A stretch of DNA of 64,000 nucleotides from Amoebophrya sp. A120 (Eukaryota > Protista > Dinoflagellata), in contig CAJINV010000020.1 of NCBI GenBank assembly GCA_905178155.1, positions 806,001 to 870,000 on the forward strand, written 5' to 3'. Below are positions 61,501 through 64,000 of this stretch, piece by piece; within the stretch, counting starts at the first letter, position 1; every line of letters begins with the position of its first letter. The translations under genes and the position numbers were made by a program. The notes beneath the pieces are model-generated. The model was not told where the DNA came from and made no database searches. It worked only from the letters and a program-made list of their open reading frames with translations.

Positions 61501-63675
61501 ACTAGTGCCAGCAGTACTAGCACCTCCACGACGGTAGAAGGAGACAGCACAAGGTTCGTCCCGATCATCGCGACGGTCAGCCCATTCACTCCGGTGTTCC
61601 CGCCGGAGTCGCCGGGAACCACCACGGCAACATCCACATCTGTACAAGGTGGAACTACGACGACCAAGAATCCGACTACGCAAGGGGAAAAGAGAAAGGC
61701 AAGATCGAGAACAAAGTGGGACGCGCAGTCGCAGAGCGATAGAAGATGCTGCGTTTGTATGTTCAAATTTACTTCTTTAGTTTCTCCCAAATGGCATTGC
61801 ATTCGCCGCTGCCGTTGAACAGAAGGGCGTGGACGACGTCGCTTCTAGTAGTAGTAAATGATTAAACGAACTTGCTGAAGTTTGTGACTGTGGACCCGTT
61901 CATCTCTATCTTTTCGATTTCTTTCCCTTCCATAACCAATGGAGAAGAGGAGGCGCCTAGTAAAACAACGGCTGCACCTCAACAGCAAATTATAGATATC
62001 CCACAGAAAAAGACCGACAGGTCATATTTGTAATGCAAAAATAAATACACAGGAAAATCTGTCATGGGCGAGGCCATAACATCCTGTTTAGGGCATGCAA
62101 TACAGATTTTTTTGTCTATTTATTTTGGCATTACAAATATGACCTGTCGGTCTTTTTCTGGGGGATAATAGAACTCCCCCCCGCCTTGCAAGTCGAACCC
62201 GTGCGCTACCCTGTGCAAAAGTATCGTACTCGTATAAATGCAAATACTGCATTACAAATCTTGTTCCCAAGGCAAATCTGCATTACAAATTTCATTTCTC
62301 ATGCTGAGGAAATTTGTCATGCGATTTATACTAGTACGAGGATGCTTTTGCATTTCATATGCGCGGTCCGTCGACGATGCGCGGATCCGCGCAGGCTTTG
62401 TGGGCCAAACCGCAGAAGCGAAAGGACGGCAAGAAGCAGTTTCTGTACCACTTTCCGTCACATTGGTACCTGCAATGGACCGGGGTTCACCAGATTGTGG
62501 TGTTCTCCCGCCCACTGTCGGATTCCTTCTGGTGCACCTTCTGGGGCGCGAACTTGTTTTGCGTGTTGCTGCTGTTGCTGATTTCGTGTGTGGTCTACGC
62601 CTCGGGGCAGGGCTTGTATTGCTGTTTTCGCAGGGCGGGATTGTTAGACGAGACTGGCAGTTATAGTACTAGCAGGAGTGGCAGCCATAGAAGTGCTACC
62701 AGGAGCAGAAGAAACAGTGGAGGTGCTGGATTCATCATGAACGGAACATCAAATGGGAACGGCGCAACAGGAGGTGGAGCAACAGCTTCCGGACTGGCCG
62801 CCGCAGGACATTTTAGCAACGGCTTCGTCTACTACACGGATAGAAATAATTCCTCTCGCGATTATGAGAACACCACCAGTCCGGTAGACGACAGCGACTC
62901 CTCCCCGTCTTCACACCGGTTGGCCGGGCGTGCCGTGTCGACCCCGCTTTCTCGGAGTAACAGTAACTCGCTGTACAGCAACAGAACGCCGGGTGGAGAG
63001 GGATCAGTTTACAGTGAGGAAGATTTGGAGGACTGGAGTATCAGCGACGAATTTTCATCCTCAAATAGCTCGTCAACATCTTTGGCGATTGCGTCCGGGG
63101 AAGAGGAGGACCTGGTTTTCGAGAAAGGGGAATTTGAATTAGAGACGGATCAACTTCTTTCTGGAAAAAATGGAGGAACGTCTTGGAGCAGCAGCGGTGC
63201 CGCAAGTAGTAGCAGTTCTAGTAGCGGGGAAGAAAATGAGTATGGCCATCATCTATTTCGGCAAAGACAGGACGCGGAAGCGGAACTCGATCTGAAGTTT
63301 CGTCACGCTGCTGGTGTTCGTCCTGCTGCTCCACCGTTGGCAGCAACATTCCGATCTCCCGGAAGAATATCAGCGCCACATAGCAACAACACAGGCAATA
63401 GCAATACTACAGCTACAGGTCGGAAAACTACTGGCAATATGATGTTTCCTAATCCACTAGACCCGGAGTTCTCACCGATACGGCGAACTTACCACTTCTA
63501 CGACGACAAGGACAACATCGAGGAAAATCAAAATGATGAAAACGGTATGGAGGAGGAGAAATTCTACCTGCTTCAGACACGCGGGCGAGGAAGAATAAAA
63601 AAGGAAAACAGGTCTGATGGCGCTGCAATTTCACCAAATCAAAGACAACACGATGGTGATCGTTTGACTCAATGA
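37541..63675 (+). CDS. Giant type I membrane adhesin/mucin-like protein (~5150 aa): signal peptide, acidic region, PAN/apple-like domain, TSP1-like Cys/Trp repeats, Thr/Ser mucin stalk, TM helix, acidic tail
   Basis: Removing 38 TIR elements (each plus 5 nt) and one GT-AG intron leaves 15465 nt in one frame. CRFLCEVLPECTMYSY...CWIK; WGEWSECRCS, LSEWVPVKDCSVSC; TM FCVLLLLLISCVVYA near 62560. Confidence 0.75.
38158..38299. mobile_element. Introner, family B (TAT....TGCAAAAGTATCGTACTCGTA)
   Basis: DR GACCA; restores DED-Q-FE. Confidence 0.85.
38633..38900. mobile_element. Introner, family D (TATGG...CTC)
   Basis: TATGGAGCTCTCGAGCG / CGCTTGAGAACCCCATA; DR AGATA; restores PEI-DAP. Confidence 0.82.
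38953..39219. mobile_element. Introner, family A
   Basis: DR GTGCG/GTGCA; in-frame join to EELL. Confidence 0.85.
40346..40553. mobile_element. Introner
   Basis: TATCCAAGAAAAAAAC / GTTTTTTTCTTGGATA; DR CCGAC/CAGAC; restores VPR-HGP. Confidence 0.87.
41253..41576. mobile_element. Introner, family F (TGTCAGGATCGAAATCG)
   Basis: DR AACAC; restores AAN-T-GQG. Confidence 0.88.
41830..42096. mobile_element. Introner, family A
   Basis: DR CGGGG; restores THG-G-REC. Confidence 0.88.
42218..42904. mobile_element. Introner, family D, hosting a nested element
   Basis: ~43-nt TIR TATGGAGTTCTCAAACGTTACATTCTCAACTGTTACATGAAT; DR ACTGC; restores RDC-KGH. Confidence 0.92.
42261..42706. mobile_element. Nested TIR element inside introner 42218-42904
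   Basis: TATGGCGGCGTCAACAATCTCACCACTATA / TATAGTGGTGAGATTGTTGACGCCGCCATA (perfect 30 nt); DR GAATT. Confidence 0.93.
42966..43211. mobile_element. Introner
   Basis: TATCGCAGGAACAAAAGTGTTACAG / CTGTAACACTTTTTTCTTGGGATA; DR AATTG; restores HN-C-GKN. Confidence 0.88.
43263..43583. mobile_element. Introner, family C
   Basis: DR CGCGC; restores QTR-HGTG. Confidence 0.88.
43758..44068. mobile_element. Introner, family C, opposite orientation to 43263-43583
   Basis: DR GGAGT; restores QRE-W-RK. Confidence 0.9.
44139..44451. mobile_element. Introner, diverged family A-like
   Basis: TCGATCTGGGT / ACCCAGATCGA arms; DR CAGAG; restores GTE-LATC. Confidence 0.8.
44510..44771. mobile_element. Introner, family A
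   Basis: DR TGCGA; restores DC-E-GHW. Confidence 0.92.
44830..45323. mobile_element. Introner, family E, with internal insertion
   Basis: TATCCTGAGTAAAAACGT / ACGTTTTTACTCAGGATA; DR CTGCG/CTGAG; restores KVC-G-RET. Confidence 0.9.
45086..45283. mobile_element. 198-bp insert flanked by a 17-bp duplication (GCATTACAACTCTGGCG)
   Basis: Duplication at 45069-45085 and 45284-45300; absent from sister copy 46824-47102. Confidence 0.75.
45446..45603. mobile_element. Introner, family B
   Basis: DR CTGTC; ends ATG; restores HC-P-VDC. Confidence 0.88.
45762..45913. mobile_element. Introner, family B
   Basis: DR CCACA; restores TH-S-CEH. Confidence 0.9.
46214..46380. mobile_element. Introner, family B (diverged)
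   Basis: DR CATTG; ends ATG; restores TH-C-GVQ. Confidence 0.83.
46433..46752. mobile_element. Introner related to family F
   Basis: TATGAAAGCCTCAG / CTGAGGCTTTCATA; DR GGACG; restores ED-G-GRVC. Confidence 0.9.
46824..47102. mobile_element. Introner, family E
   Basis: DR CTGCG; restores PAC-E-DPG. Confidence 0.92.
47256..47519. mobile_element. Introner, family D
   Basis: TATGGG...ATTCTCAAACGTTA / TAACGTTTGAGAATCCCATA; flanks GTTCT/GAGTT; in frame. Confidence 0.8.
48042..48387 (+). other. Canonical GT-AG intron, the only clear one in the giant gene
   Basis: CCG|GTATTG...ATTTCAG|GAA, phase 0. Confidence 0.75.
48763..49046. mobile_element. Introner, family A
   Basis: DR TTGAA; restores GIE-DVS. 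Confidence 0.85.
49603..49962. mobile_element. Degenerate introner
   Basis: TATGGAGACGAAAGC / GCTTTTCGTGTGCATA; flanks AGTAC/CCTAC; in frame; left border may be 3 nt later. Confidence 0.55.
50062..50210. mobile_element. Introner, family B
   Basis: Near-perfect 36-nt TIR; DR CCCGG; restores STR-FAE. Confidence 0.93.
50280..50398. mobile_element. Short degenerate introner
   Basis: TACCCACAAAA / TTTCTGTGGATA; flanks CACTG/CACCC; in frame. Confidence 0.65.
50688..50993. mobile_element. Introner, family A (diverged)
   Basis: TGTCTGGGTCTGGAA arm; flanks ATGGA/CCGAA; in frame. Confidence 0.75.
51134..51311. mobile_element. Introner, family B (diverged)
   Basis: TATGCATTGCAAAAGCAT / ATGCTTTTGCAGAGGATA; flanks CGCGT/CGTCG; in frame. 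Confidence 0.78.
52359..52664. mobile_element. Degenerate introner (a GT-AG reading is also possible)
   Basis: Arms CTGGTG..GAACAATC / GATTGTTCCACCAG; flanks GCTTT/GGTTC; in frame. Confidence 0.5.
52924..53256. mobile_element. Introner, family H (TA.GA.AGTGCACAAC)
   Basis: TACGAGAGTGCACAAC / GTTGTACCCTCTCATA; DR ACTGG/CCTGG; restores PDW-SSG. Confidence 0.75.
54423..54653. mobile_element. Introner, family B
   Basis: DR ACAAA/ACAAG; restores THK-PVE. Confidence 0.83.
54881..55131. mobile_element. Introner, family A, inverted copy of 33491-33741
   Basis: DR CATCC; same 251-bp length; restores TSS-RTV. Confidence 0.92.
55466..55645. mobile_element. Degenerate introner
   Basis: DR ACGAG/ACGAC; arms CCGTATACGTC..ACAAG / CTTGTTGGCGTGTACGG; in frame. 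Confidence 0.65.
55732..55978. mobile_element. Degenerate introner
   Basis: AAAAAAGTTCGTCG / CGACGAAGTTTTTT; DR CCGGG/TCGGG; right border may be 6 nt earlier. Confidence 0.65.
56516..56665. mobile_element. Introner, family B
   Basis: DR GAACT; restores EGT-TAPFRS, matching neighbouring TTAPFRSS repeats. Confidence 0.9.
56958..57331. mobile_element. Degenerate introner
   Basis: TATG...GATGAAACTCAA / TTGAGTTGACATC...GCATA; flanks ACGTG/CCCCC; in frame. Confidence 0.55.
57663..59720 (+). repeat. Coding tandem repeats of the mucin stalk
   Basis: About four 60-nt units (ACAACTAGCTCGACGACTTCATCTAG) at 57663-57865; a 96-nt duplication near 58340-58570; six PSTxxTPxxHTWSxxET units at 58800-59720. 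Confidence 0.85.
60547..60853. mobile_element. Introner, family F
   Basis: DR GTGCT; restores EKGV-L-SGG. Confidence 0.9.
60913..61239. mobile_element. Introner, family H, with internal ~80-bp duplication
   Basis: ~37-nt TIR AGTGCACAACTCCCCCTCCCCCTC; DR ACGAC. Confidence 0.92.
61677..61934. mobile_element. Degenerate introner
   Basis: TACGCAAGGGGAAAAGA / TCTTTCCCTTCCATA; flanks CCGAC/ACCAA; in frame. Confidence 0.6.
61997..62167. mobile_element. Introner that is almost entirely a hairpin
   Basis: ~66-nt TIR in a 171-bp element; DR ATAGA; restores II-E-LPP. Confidence 0.93.
62207..62359. mobile_element. Introner, family B
   Basis: DR TGCGC; restores PVR-GPST. Confidence 0.9.
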
Positions 63676-64000
63676 ACAAATAGCAGAGCTGCATGATGTA
63701 AGAAGAACACATCAGAAGATATGAACTGATGTTGTGTGGGAGGAAAGAAATAGAAAAGTAAGCAATTTTGGAGATGATTTATTATTTCTTTGTTGTGTTG
63801 AAATATTCGATAGATCCAGTTCCAGACGCAGCAAAAGCATTACGATCTAGCTACGAACGAAGATCCCCGACCAATTTCCTTCATTTCTTTTCGCAAATAT
63901 TAAATATCGATGAATATTACGGGTAAATTTCGAAATCGAAATCTCAGAATGATTGAATCAGAATTCATTGATCGGAATAATTCACAATATCTCATCATTT

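Noticed and set aside
37541-63675. Region as a cluster of transposon-disrupted pseudogenes
   Set aside because: Frame and Cys/Trp motifs are restored across all 39 junctions with no exonic stops found, which is unlikely for decaying sequence.

Overview
Eukaryotic, gene-dense DNA with about ten protein genes, all on the + strand. The main feature is about 47 short (119-687 bp, one 1.5 kb) non-coding elements inside coding sequence. Each starts TA(T/C), ends (A)TA or ATG, has terminal inverted repeats (TIRs) and is flanked by a 5-nt direct repeat (DR). Removing an element plus one DR copy restores the reading frame in every exonic case I traced, so they behave as non-GT-AG introns with MITE-like structure (introner elements). 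This matches what I recall being described for the parasitic dinoflagellate Amoebophrya (Syndiniales); the taxon is inferred. The elements fall into at least 8 TIR families and occur in both orientations, most carry a shared TTTGTNATGC/GCATNACAAA motif, one is nested inside another, and one carries a 198-bp insert with a 17-bp duplication. Stitching through 38 of them plus one GT-AG intron joins 37541-63675 into one ~5150-aa signal peptide/PAN/TSP1/mucin/TM surface protein. Other genes: a DUF2439-like protein, a P2X-like channel, an SMP-30-type beta-propeller, a GT-A-like glycosyltransferase, an EF-hand protein, a zinc-finger protein and two unknowns. All gene models were traced by hand, without RNA evidence.
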